A DNA stretch of 64,000 nucleotides. Source: the human T2T-CHM13v2.0 reference genome, Homo sapiens. Numbering within the stretch: the stretch's first letter is position 1; each line of letters begins with the position of its first letter. Positions 27,901 to 40,800 of this stretch are shown in pieces. Location: assembly GCF_009914755.1 (NCBI RefSeq), contig NC_060929.1, one strand, 5' to 3'. A model generated the notes under the pieces. It worked only from the letters and a program-made list of their open reading frames with translations. It was not told the origin of the DNA and made no database searches. Made by a program: the position numbers and the translations under genes.

Positions 27901-28410
27901 GAGTGTCAGTGTTTACGATTTTCATCATAGATATATTTTACTCCTTAGATTAAGTTTATTCATAGTTATTTTATAGTATTTGTAGCTATTGTAAATGATA
28001 TTACTTTCTCGATTTCTTTTTCAAATTGTCTGCTGTTGGTATATAGAAATGCTATTGATTTTTGTATGTTGATTTTGTGTCCTGCAACTTTACTGAATTT
28101 GTTTATCAGCCTAATAGTTTTTTGGTGAAGTCTTTAGGGTTTTCTAAATATAAGATCATATGATCTGCAAACAGCACTAATTTGACTTCTTCCTTTCCAA
28201 TTTGGATGCCCTTTATTTCTTTTTCTTGTCTTATTGCTCTGGCTAGGACTTCTAGCACTATGTTGAATAAAAATGGTAATAGGGGGCATGGTTGTATTGT
28301 TCCAGATCTTAGAGGAAAGGCTTTCAGTTTTACCCCACTCAGTATAATACTAGCTGTAGATATGTTGTGTATGGTTTTTATCACATTGAGATATGTTTCT
28401 TCCATACCCC

Positions 28411-29034
28411 TCTCCATTAGCTGCAGACGGACCTGTCTTTGGTTCCTGGCACCCGCTCTTATTAACTGCACCTACGTTCAATATTCTGGCTGAGCATAAT
28501 ACTATAAGGTGTTAATTAATTCATGCTTGTAGGACATAATAACAATTAATGGATAAACTTGCAACCGCTCCCTATACCAGACCTTAGAATAAAATTCCGC
28601 AAGGCCCCCCTCACCCATTTCTGACCTCACCAACCCAGGAAAAAGGCACCCTTGCCAAACCCCAAAAACAAAAAAGTCTTAATCCAATTCAGCCAGAGCC
28701 TGAATATTTATATTTTAGCTATGGGTATTCTCAACAGCTACCCCTCAACTAATGCATTTTTTTTAAGAAACTCCACCCCATCACCCTCCCAAATCTAATT
28801 CTATTTTTATAGTGACTTCATCTGATGCATATATTCATCCGCTACTAAGCCCATAACCTAAATTGATGCACCCCCAAAAGCATCACCTATCCCCCTCCCC
28901 ACTCCCCCAACCACTCACAGTACTGACAACTACCCCACCAACTCCTGCTAACTCCACTTTAAACCCCTAAGCTGTAAAACTGTGAATAATATTTGTCTCT
29001 TCTAGGCTCCAATTTTTCACTTAATGTATATACA
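28411..29034 (+). pseudogene. NUMT control region (D-loop) with CSB1 (~28513-28540), CSB2-like (~28600-28616), CSB3 (28653-28669) and LSP-like segment (~28713-28752)
   Basis: taattaattcatgcttgtaggacataat; caaggcccccctcaccc; tgccaaaccccaaaaac; aacagctacccctcaactaa. Confidence 0.88.
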
Positions 29035-29103
29035 GTTTATGTAGCTTAATTATTAAAAGCAAGACACTGAAAATGTCTAGACGGACTTATTACCCCATAA
29101 ACA
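29035..29103 (+). pseudogene. Nuclear pseudogene of mitochondrial tRNA-Phe (GAA), MT-TF-like
   Basis: Acceptor stem gtttatg/cataaac, D stem gctt/aagc, anticodon stem agaca/tgtct with loop ctGAAaa (29069-29071). Confidence 0.93.
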
Positions 29104-29996
29104 GATAGGTTTGGTTCTGGCCTTTCTGTTAACTCTTAGTAAGATTACACATGCAAGTATCACCATCCTAGTGAAAATACCCTCTAAATCATTATGATCA
29201 AAAGGAGTAAGAATCAAGCACAGACAAATGCAGCTCAAAACACTTTGCTCGGCCACACCCCCACAGGAAGCAGCAGTGATAAACCTTTAGCAATAAACGA
29301 AAGTTTAACTAAACTATACTAACACCCAGCGTTGGTTAATTTCATGCCAGCCACCGCAGCCATACGATTAACCCAAGCTAATAGAACCCAGCTTAAAGAG
29401 TGTTTTAGATCTGTTCTCAATAAAGCTAAGCTTCATCTAAGTTGTAAAAAACCCTAGCTGAAATAAAATAAACTACGAAGGTGAATTTAATATTTCTGAG
29501 GACACAATAGCTAAGACCCAAACTGGGATTAGATACCCCACTATGCTTAGCCCTAAACTCCAATAGTTAAATCAACAAAACTATTCACCAGAACACTACA
29601 AGCAATAGCTTAAAACTCAAAGGACTTGGCGGTGCTTTATATCCCTCTAGAGGAGCCTGTTCTATATATTGATAAACTCCAATTTACCTCACCACCTCTT
29701 GCTCAGCCTATATACTTCCATCTTCAGCAAACCCTAGTAAGGCTGCAAAGTAAGCACAAATATCTACGTAAAAACGTTAGGTCAAGTTGTAGCCCACGAG
29801 GTGTGGTAAGAAATGGGCTATATTTTCTACTCCTAGAAAATCTCATAACAACCCTTATGAAACCTAAGGGCCCAAGGAGGATTTAGCAGTAAATTAGGAG
29901 CAGAGTGCTTAATTGAATAAGGCCATAAAGCATGCACACACTGCCTGTCACCCTCCTCAAGTATACTTTAAGGACAAGCTTAACTAAACCTCCTAC
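29104..29996 (+). pseudogene. Nuclear pseudogene of mitochondrial 12S rRNA (MT-RNR1-like), 3'-truncated
   Basis: taggtttgg...aagattacacatgcaag; caaactgggattagataccccactatgcttagccctaaac; gcttaaaactcaaaggacttggcggtgctt; gtcaccctcctcaagtatac. Confidence 0.96.
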
Positions 29997-30229
29997 TAAA
30001 CCCCCAGTTTGAGAATTTTTATTGTGAAAAGATATTACATTGTGTTGAATGCTTTTTTGGCATCTCTCGAAATAATCACACAGTTTTTGTCCTTCATTCT
30101 GTTAATAAGATGTATCACATTTATTGATTTGTGTATATTGAACCATCCTTGCATCCCTGGAATAAATCCTACTTGATCATGATGAATGATCTTTATAATG
30201 TGTTGTTGAATTCAGTTTCCAGTATTTTT

Positions 30230-30528
<299 letters not shown>

Positions 30529-30588
30529 AGTTTCTAGTATTTTTTGAATATTTTTACATCTATGTTCATCAGGGGTATTGGCCTGTAG

Positions 30589-30590
<2 letters not shown>

Positions 30591-30630
<40 letters not shown>
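30591..30630. repeat. (GT)20 microsatellite inside L1MA
   Basis: Perfect dinucleotide run. Confidence 0.97.
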
Positions 30631-30631
<1 letters not shown>

Positions 30632-33600
30632 TTTGTCTAGTTTTGGTATCAGAGTGACACTGGCCTTGTAGAATGAGTTTGGAAGTATCACCTCCTCCTT
30701 GACTTTTTCAAATAGTTTCAATCGGATTGATACTAGTTCTTCTTTAAATGTTTGGTAGAATTCAGAAGTAAGGCCATCAGGTCCTGGGCTTTACTTTCAT
30801 GAGAGACATTTTATTACTACCTCTATCTCATTACTTGTTGCTGGTCTGTTCATGGTTCAATCTTGTTAGGTTGTGTGTGTCTAGGAATGTATCCATTATC
30901 TCTAGATTTTCCAATTTATTGCCATATAGTTCCTCACTATACTCTCTAGTGATCCTTTGAATTTCGGTAGTGTCAGTTTTAATGTTTCCTTTTGCATCTC
31001 TGATTTTATTTGGGTCTTTTCTTCTTTTTTCTTAGTCTGGCTAAAGGTTTGTTGACTTTGCTTATCTTTTCAAAATTAATCTTTTGTTTGGTTGTTTTTT
31101 TTTGTATATTTTAAGCCTCTATTTCCTTTAGTTCTGCTCTTATCTTTCTTTCTTTCCTACTAATTATGGATTTGGTTTGCTCTTACTTTTCTAGTTTTTT
31201 AAGATGCATCTGTAGGTTTTTATTTGAAGTTTTTCCACTATAATGTTGTGGGCATTTGTTGCTGTAAACTTCTCTCTTAGTATTGCTTTTGTTATATCCT
31301 ACAGGTTTTAGTATATTGTATTTACATTTTTATTTGTTTCAAAAAATTTTTAAATTTTCTTCTTAATTCCTTTATTTACCCAGTGGTCATTCCGGAGCAT
31401 ACTGTTTGATTTCTACGTGTTTTTATAATTTTCAAACTTCCTCTTGTTATTGATTTCTAGTTTTATTCCATTTTGATTAGAAAAAATACTTGACATGTTT
31501 TCAATTTCTTTGAATTTTTTGAGACTTGTTTTGTGGATAACATATAATCTATCCTTGAGAATGTTCCATGTGCTGAGGAGAAGAATGTGTATCCTGCAGC
31601 TGTTGGAGAAAATTTTCTGTAAATGTTTATTAGGTCCATTTGTCTACAGTACAGATTAAGTATGAAGTTTCTTTGTTGATTTTCTGTCTGAGTGATCTGT
31701 CCAATGCTGGAACTGGGCTGTCGAATTCCCCAGATGTCATTGTATTGGGGTCTATCTCTCCCTTTAGCTCTAACATATCCGCATGCTCCCATGTTCAAGG
31801 CACACAAATTAACACTTGTTATATCCTCTTGCTAAATTGACCCCTTTATCATTATATAATGAACTTCTTTTGTCTCTTTACAGTTTTTGCCTTGAAATCT
31901 GTTTTATCTGCTATGAATATAGCTACTCCTGTTCTTTCTTGGTTTCCATTTCGATGAAATATCTTTTCCCATCCCTTTATTTTGAGTCCACCTGTTTCTT
32001 TGTAGGCAAAGTAAGTTTCTTGTAGGCAAGATATGGTTGGGTCTTTTTAAAAAATCCATTCAGCCACTGTATGTCTTTTGATTGGACAATTTAGTCAATT
32101 TGCATTCAATGTTATTATTGACAGTTTAGGACTTAATACTGCCATTTTGTTTTTTTTTTTCCTGACTCTTTTATTTGTTGGTCCTCTCCCATTTTTCTTG
32201 CTTCCTTTGTGTAAAAGTGATTTCCTCTGGTAGTATCTTTTAATTTCTTGCTTTAAATTGTTGTGTATCTGTTATGAATTTTGATGCTTACAAATAACAT
32301 CCTATAACCAATTATTTTAAATGAATGAAAGCATAGCTCTGATTATAAATAAAAGAAAAAGCAAGAAGAGAGAAAACTAAAAAGAAACTACACTTTAACT
32401 CCATCCTTGCCCCCTACCTTTTTGACTTTTTGTTCTCTATTTATATCTGTTTATATTGTCTGTGTCTTAAAAAGTTATAGTTATTATTTTTGATAGGTTT
32501 GGCTTTTCATCTTTCTACTAAAGATATAAGTGGTTTATACACCACAATTACCGTGTCAGAACATTCAGTTTTTCAGTATTTGTGCACTTAGTATTACCAT
32601 TGAATTTTATACTTTCAGATTATTTATTTTTGCTAATTAATGTTCTTTTCTTTCGGACTGAACATTTTCCTTCAGCATTTCTTTTTTTTTTCAACATTTA
32701 TTTTAAGTTCCGGGGTACATGTTCAGGATGTGCACGTTTGTTACATAGGTAAACGTGTGCCATGGTGGTTTGCTGCACAGATCCACCCATCACCTACGTA
32801 TTAAGCCCAGCACCAATTAGCTGTGCTTCCTGATGCTCTCTCTCTCCCTGCTCCCCCAACAGGCCCCAGTGTGTGTTGTTGCCTGCCATTTGTCCATGTA
32901 TTCTTATTGTTCAGCTCCCAATTATAAGTTAGATCATGCGGTGTTTGGTTTTCTGTTCCTGCATTAGTTTGCTGAGGATAATGGCTTCCAGCTCCATCCA
33001 TGACCCTGTAAAGGACATGATCTTGCTCCTTTCCATGGCTGCATAGTATTCCATGTTGTATATGAACCACATTTCCTTTATCCAGTCTATCATTGACGGG
33101 CATTTAGGTTGATTGCATGTCTTTGCTGTTGCAAACAGTGCTGCAATGAACATATGCATGCAGGTATCTTTATAATAGTATGGTTTATATTCCTTTCAGT
33201 ATGTACCCAGTAATGGGATTGCCAAGTCAAATGGTATTTTTGCCTCTAGGTTTTGAGGAATCACCACAGTGTCTTCTATAATAGTTGAACTAATTTACAT
33301 TCCTGCCAACAGTGTAGAAGCATTCTTTTTCTTCTGCAACCTCACCAGCATCAGTTTTCTTGACTTTTTAATAAACACCATTCTGACTGGCATGAGACAG
33401 TTTCTCATTGTGGTTTTGATTTGCATTTCTCTAATGATCAGTGATATTGAGCTTTTTTTCATATGTTTGTTGGGTGCAAAAATGTCTTCTTTTTGAGAAG
33501 TGTCTTTTCATGTATTTTGCCCATCTTTAAAATGGGGTTGTTTGTTTTTCTTGTAAATTTAAGTTCCTTGTAGATTCTGGATATTAGGCCTTTGTCAGAT

Positions 33601-33694
33601 AGATAAATTGCAAAATTTTTTTCCCATTCTGTAGATTGTCTGTTCACTCTGATGATAGTTTCTTTTGCTGTGCAGAAGCTCTTTGGTTTAATTA

Positions 33695-33785
33695 TTAGGT
33701 TGTTGCAAAAGTAATTACTATTTTTGCCATTAAAAAGTAATTAAAATTAATGGCAAAACCAGCAATTACTTTTGCACCAATCTAA
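33695..33785. mobile_element. MADE1 (Hsmar1-derived MITE)
   Basis: 38-bp TIRs ttaggttgttgcaaaagtaattactatttttgccatta / taatggcaaaaccagcaattacttttgcaccaatctaa with TA duplication, inserted into L1 ...gtttaatTAgattcca. Confidence 0.95.
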
Positions 33786-34670
33786 TAGATTCCATTTGTC
33801 AATTTTTGCTTTTGTTGCAATTGCTTTTGGCATTTTTCTAATGAAATCTTTGCCCATGCCTATGTCCTGAATGGTATTACCTAGATATTCTTCCAGAGTT
33901 TTTGTAGTTTTGGGTTTTACATTTAAGTCTTCAATCCATCTTGAGTTGATTTTTATATAAGGTGTAAGCAAGAGGTTCAGTTTTGATTTTCTGTACATGG
34001 ATAACCAGTTCTCCCAGCACCATTTATCAAATAGGGATTCCTTTCTCTATTGCTTGCTTTTGTCAGGTTTGTCAAAGATCAGATAGTTATGGGTGTGTGG
34101 TCTTATTTCTGAGTTCTCTATTGTGTTCCATTGGTCCATGTGTCTGCTTTTGTACCGGTACCATGCTGTTTTGATTAATCTAGCCTTGTAGTATAGTTTG
34201 AAGTCAGGTAGTGTGGTGCCTCCAGCTTTGTTCTTTTTGCTTAGGATTGTCTTGGCTATACAGGCTTTTTTTGATTCTGTAGGAATTTTAAAATAGTTTT
34301 TTTCTAATTATGTTAACAACGTCAATGGTAGTTTAATGGGATTAGCATTGAATGTATAAATTACTTTGGGAAGTTTGGCCATTTTCATGATATTGATTCT
34401 GCTTATCCATGAGCATGGAATATTTTTCCCTTTGTGTCCTCTCTGATTTCCTTGAGCAGTGGTTTGTAGTTATCTTTGAAGAGGTCCTTCACTTCCCTTG
34501 TTAGCTGTATTCATAGGCATTTTATTCTTTTTGTAGCAATTGTGAATGGGAATTCATTCATGATTTGGCTCTCCACTTGTCTGTTGTTGATGTACAGGAA
34601 TGCTAGCAATCATGTTGTCTGCAAACAGGTATAGTTTGACTTCCTCTCTATTTGGACACTCTTTATTTCT

Positions 34671-34967
<297 letters not shown>

Positions 34968-37294
34968 GACACTCTTTATTTCTTTCTCTTGCTTGATTGC
35001 CTGGCAAGGACATCCCATAATGTGTTGAATAGGAATGGTGAGAGAGGGCAACCTTGTCTTGTGCTGGTTTTCAAGAGGAGTGCTTCCAGCTTTTGCCTAT
35101 TCAGTATGATGTTGTCTATGGGTTTGTCATTGATGGCTCTTATTATTTTCAGGTATGTTTCTTCAATACCTAGCTTGTTGAAAGCTTTTAACATGAAGGG
35201 ATGTTGATTTTTATTGGGGGCCTTTTCTGTGTCTATTGAGATAATCATGTGGTTTTTGTCTTTAGTTGTGTTTATATAATGAACTACATTTATTGATTTG
35301 TGCATGTTGAACCAACCTCGCATCCCAGGAATGAAGCCAACTTCATCGTGATGGATAATCTTTTTGATGTGCAAACTGGATTCAGTTTGCCAGTACTTTA
35401 TTGAGAATTTTTTCATTGATGTTAATCAGGGATATTGGCCTGATGTTTTCTTTTTTTTGATGTATCTCTGCCGGGTTTTGGAATCACGATGATGCTGGCC
35501 TCATAAAATGACTTAGGGAGGAGTCCCTACTTTTTAATAGTTTGGAATAGTTTCAGTAGAAATGGTATCAGCTCCTCTTTGTATCTCTGGTAGAAGTAAC
35601 CTGTGAATCTGTGTGGTCCTGGGCTTTTTTTGGTTGGTAGGCTATTTATTGCTGCCTCAATTTCAGAACTTTTTATTGGTCTATTTAGGGATTCACTTTC
35701 TTCCTGATTCAGGCTTGGGAAGGTGTACATGTCCAAGAATGTATCAATTTCTTCTAGATTTTCTAGTTTATGTGCATACAGTTTCTAGCATTCTCTGAAG
35801 GTTGTTTGTTTTTCTGTGGGGTCAGTGGTGATATCCCCCTTATCATTTCTTATTGTTTCTATTTGATTCTTCTCTCTTTCCTTCTTTATTAATCTAGCTA
35901 GAGGTCTATTTTATTAATTTTTTCAAAAAACCAGCTCTTGGATTCACTGATTTTTTTGAAGAATTTTTGGTGTCTCTATCTCCTTCAATTCTACTCTGAT
36001 CTTAGTTACTTCTTGTCTTCTGTTAACTTTGGGGTTTGTTTGCTCATGGTTCTCATTCTTTTAATTATGATATCAGGTTGTCGATTTGAGATCTTTCTAG
36101 CTGTTTGATATGGGCATTTAGTGCTCTAAATTTCCCTCTTAACACTGCTTTAGCTGTGTCCCAGAGATTCTGGTATGTTGTCTCTTTGTTCTCATTAGTT
36201 TCAAAGAACTTCTTGATTTATGTCGTAATATCACTAATTACTCAGTAGTCATTTAGAAGCAGGTTGTTTAATTTCCATGTAGCTGTGTGGTTTTGAGTGA
36301 GTTTCTTAATCTTGAGTTCTAATTTGATTGTGCTGTGATCTGAGACTGGTTGTTATGATTTCAGTTCTTTTGCATTTGCTGAGGAGTGTTTTACTTCCTA
36401 TCATGTGATCAATTTTAGAGTAAGTGCCATATGGTAATGAGAAGAAAGTATATTCTGCTGTTTTGGGTGGATAGTTCTATAGATATCTATCAGGTTCACT
36501 TGATCCAGAGCTGAGTTCAGGTCCTGAATATCTTTGTTAATTTTCTGTCTTAATGATCTGTCTAATATTGTCAGTGGGGTGTTAAAGTCTCCCTCTATTA
36601 TTTTGGGACTCAGTCTCTGTGTAGGCCTCTAAAAACTTGCTTTATGAATATGTGTGCTCCTGTATTAGGTGCATAGATATTTAGGATAGTTAGCGCTTCT
36701 TGTTGAATTGAACCCTTTACCATTACATAATGCCCTTCTTTGTCTTTTTGATCTTTGTTGGTTTAAATTTCATTTTGTCAGAAACTTGGATTGCAACCCT
36801 GCTCTTTTCTGTTTTCCATTTCTTTGGTGAATTTTCCTCCATCCCTTTATTTTGAGCCTATGTGTATTTTTGCATGTGAGATGTGTCTCTTGAAGACAAC
36901 ATACCGATTGTGCTTCACTCTTTATCTAGCTTGCCATTCTGTGCCTTTTAATTGGGGCATTTAGCCCATTTACATTTAAGGTAATATTGTTGTGTATAAA
37001 TTTGATCCTGTCATCATGATACTACCTGGTCATTTTGCAGATTTGTTTATCCAGTTACTTCACAGTGTCACTGGTCTGTGTACTTCAGTGTGTTTTTGTA
37101 GTGGCTGGTAATGATTTTTCCTTTCCATATTTAGTGTTTCCTTCAGAAGGCTTTACAAGGCAGTCTGGTGGTGATGAATTCCCTCAGCATTTTCTTGTCT
37201 GAAAAGCATGTTATTTCTTCCCTTATGAAGTTTAGTTTGACCAGATATGAAATTCTGGGTTGGAAATTCTCTTCCTTAAGAATGTTGAATATTG

Positions 37295-37882
<588 letters not shown>

Positions 37883-40800
37883 TTACAACTTGGCTCCATT
37901 CTCCCCTCTTTTTCAGGTACCCAATGTTTCATAGGTTTGGTCTTTTTACATAATTTTCTATTTCTCAGAGGTTCTGTTCATTCCTTTTCATTCTTTTTTC
38001 TCTATTCTTGTCTGCCTGTCTTATTTCAGAAAAACAGTCTTCAAGCTCTGAGATTTGTTCCTCTTGTTAGTCTATTCGGCTGTTGATACTTGTGATTGCA
38101 TTGTAAAGTTCTTGTGTTGTGTTTTTTAACTCCATCAGGTTGGTTTGTTTTCCTCTCTAAACTGGCTATTCTGGTTATTAGCTCCTATAATGTTTTATCA
38201 TGATTCTGAGCCTTTTTGCATTGTGTTAGAACATGCTCCTTTAGCTCAGTAAAGTTCTTTGCTACTCACCTTCTGAAGCTTACTTCTGTCAATTCATCCA
38301 TCTCAGCCTCAGCCCAGTTCTGTGCCCTTGCTGCAGAGGTGTTGTGATCGTTTGAAGGAGAAGAGGCATTCTGGCTTTTTGAGTTTTCAATGTTCTTTTT
38401 GTGTGGATTCTCATCTTTGTGGACTTATCTACCTTCGATCTTTGAGGCTGCTGACCTTTCAATGGGGTTTTTGTGGGGTGGTTTTTTTGATATTGTTGTT
38501 GTTGCTTTCTGTTTGTTTGTTTTACAGTCAGGCCTCTCTTCCGTAGGGCTGCTGCAGTTTGCTGGGGGTCTGCTCCAGACCCTAGTCTCCTCAGACCCTC
38601 CCTCACCAGGTGGTATCACCAGTGAAGGCTACAAAACAGCAAATATGGTAGCCTGCTCCTTCCTCTGGTAGGTCTGTCTCAGGGATCACTGACCTAATGC
38701 TTGCTGGAATGCTCTTGTAGGAGGTGTCTGGAGATCCCTACTGGGTGGTCTCACCCAGTAAGGAGGTACAGGATCACTCAGACTCTCAGCACTCTGCCTG
38801 CCCCTTGGCCAGGTAGGTGCACTGTGCTGGGGGGAACCCCCCTCGTCCACACCACCTGGACTTTTCAGAGCCATCAGGTGGGAAAGGCTGTCAGCTTAGC
38901 TGTAAATACAGTAGCTGCCCCTCCCCCCAGTGGCTCTGTTCCAGGGAGAGGTCAGAATTCTGTTCATAAAACCCTAGCTGGAGTTGCTGAAATTCCCACA
39001 GGGAGGCCCTGCCAGGTGAAGAGGGATAGATTGGGTCTCCACTTAAAGAAACAGTTTGGCTATGATCTGCCACAGTAGCTGTGCTGCACTGTGGGGAATT
39101 CCTCCTGCTCTGGACTGCCCAGACTCCCTGGATCCAGCAGGCCAAAATGGTGGTCTTGAGCCTCAGAAGTCATCTAGCATTTCTTGTAAGACAGGCCTGG
39201 TGTTGATGAAATCCCTCAACTTTTGATTGTCTGGGAAAAATCTTTATTTCTTCTTCATGTTTGAAGGATAAGTTTGCTGAATATAATATTCTACATTGGA
39301 AGTTATTTTTTCCCTTCAATAGTTTAAATATGTCATTCTACTCTCTCCTGGCCCATAAGATTTCCACTGAAAAGTCTATTTCCAGATGTATTGGTGCTCC
39401 TTTATAGGTTACTTGTTTTCTTTCTGTTGCTGCTTTTGGGATCCTTTATCTTTTACCTTTGGAAGCTTGATTATTATATTCCTTGAGGTAGTCTTATTTG
39501 GATTAAAACTTCCTGGTGTTCTTTCACCTTCTTGTACCTGGATAGTCACATATTTCTCTAGGTGTACAAAATTCTCTGTTCTTATTAATTTGAATAACAT
39601 TTCTAACCCAACCTCTATCTATATGTATACTCTTTAAGGCCAATAATTCTTAGGTTTTTCTCTTTTGAGGCAATTTTTTTTTATATCTTATAGGATTGCC
39701 CTATTGGATCATATTCTTTTTTCTCCTCTGACTGTATTTTCATATAGATTGTCTTCGAGATAATTAAATCTTTTCTTCTGCTTGATCAATTTTGCTAAGA
39801 GACTCTGATGCATTTTTCAGTTTGCTACTTGAAATTTTTAGCTCCAGAATTTGTTTGATTTTCTAAAATTATTTCAATTTCTTTGTTAAATTTCTCTGAT
39901 AGAATTCTGCATTCCTTCTTTATGTTATCTTAAAGTTTGTTGACTTTTCCTGACAGCTATTTTGAATTTCCTGCCTGAAATGGCACATATTTCTATCAAT
40001 ACAGGATTAATCACTGGTACTTTATTTATTTCATTTGGTGAGGTCATTTTCCTGGATGTTCTTGACACTTGTGGACATTTGTGGATGTCTGGACATTGAA
40101 GGGTTATGTATAGATTCCAGTCTTCTCTGGGCTTGTTTGTACTCATCCTTCTTGAGAGGGCTTTCCAAGAAATCAAAGGGGATTTAGTGTTGTGACCTAT
40201 GTCAGCAGTTATGGCAGCCATTTAAGCACTAGAGGGTGCCTTAATTCCAAGAATGCTGTGACTCTGGCAGATTCCTACAAAGACAGCCTTGGTGGTCTTG
40301 GGGTAGCTAAGGCAGAATTCCCTGGGTTACCAGGCAAAGTCTCTTGCTCTCTTCCTTCTGTTCCCCTCAGTAAGAAGTCTCACTCCATGATGGGCTGCCT
40401 GGGTTTTGAGGAGTGATGATGTGGGCAGTCTTGTGGCCACCACAGTTGGCACTGCACAGGATCACACCTAAAGCCTTGCAGACCATTACAGTACTAAGGC
40501 TTGTACTCAACGCTCATCATGGCCACTACTCGCCACTGGTTGCCACTGATGTTTATTCAAGACCCAAGACTACTTTAGTCAACGGATGGAAAATCCTACC
40601 AGAACTGGGTCTGTCCTGTTAGGTCAGGAGATTCCCTTCTGGTCCAGGGTGAGTCTGGAAATGCTGTCCAGAAGCAAAGACTTGAAATCAGGAGCTTCAT
40701 GAATCTGCTTGGTGTTTTATTTTACTGTGGCTGAGCTGGTACCCAAGTTGCAGATAAAAACCCTCTGTTATCTTCCCTTTCCTTCCTCCAAGTGGAGGGA

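Larger units (their letters stand above)
28411..29996 (+). pseudogene. NUMT: nuclear copy of the mitochondrial control region (3' part), tRNA-Phe and most of 12S rRNA
   Basis: Collinear with mtDNA ~rCRS 120-1537: cacctacgttcaatatt, CSB1-3, tRNA-Phe, 12S universal motifs. CpG decay (ttcatgccagcc, cacactgcctgtcaccc). Interrupts the L1 sequence ttccataccc|cagtttgaga. Confidence 0.97.

Noticed and set aside
29626-29886. 86-aa ORF inside the 12S NUMT (possible mitochondrial-derived-peptide analogue)
   Set aside because: TTG start in rRNA-derived sequence. The MOTS-c-equivalent position reads cacgaggtgtggtaagaaatgggcta with no initiating ATG, so nothing supports a peptide.
28411-29996. Possibility that the mitochondrial segment is contamination or misassembled organellar DNA
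   Set aside because: It is too diverged from human mtDNA, shows nuclear-type CpG decay, and sits at a precise break in a continuous L1.
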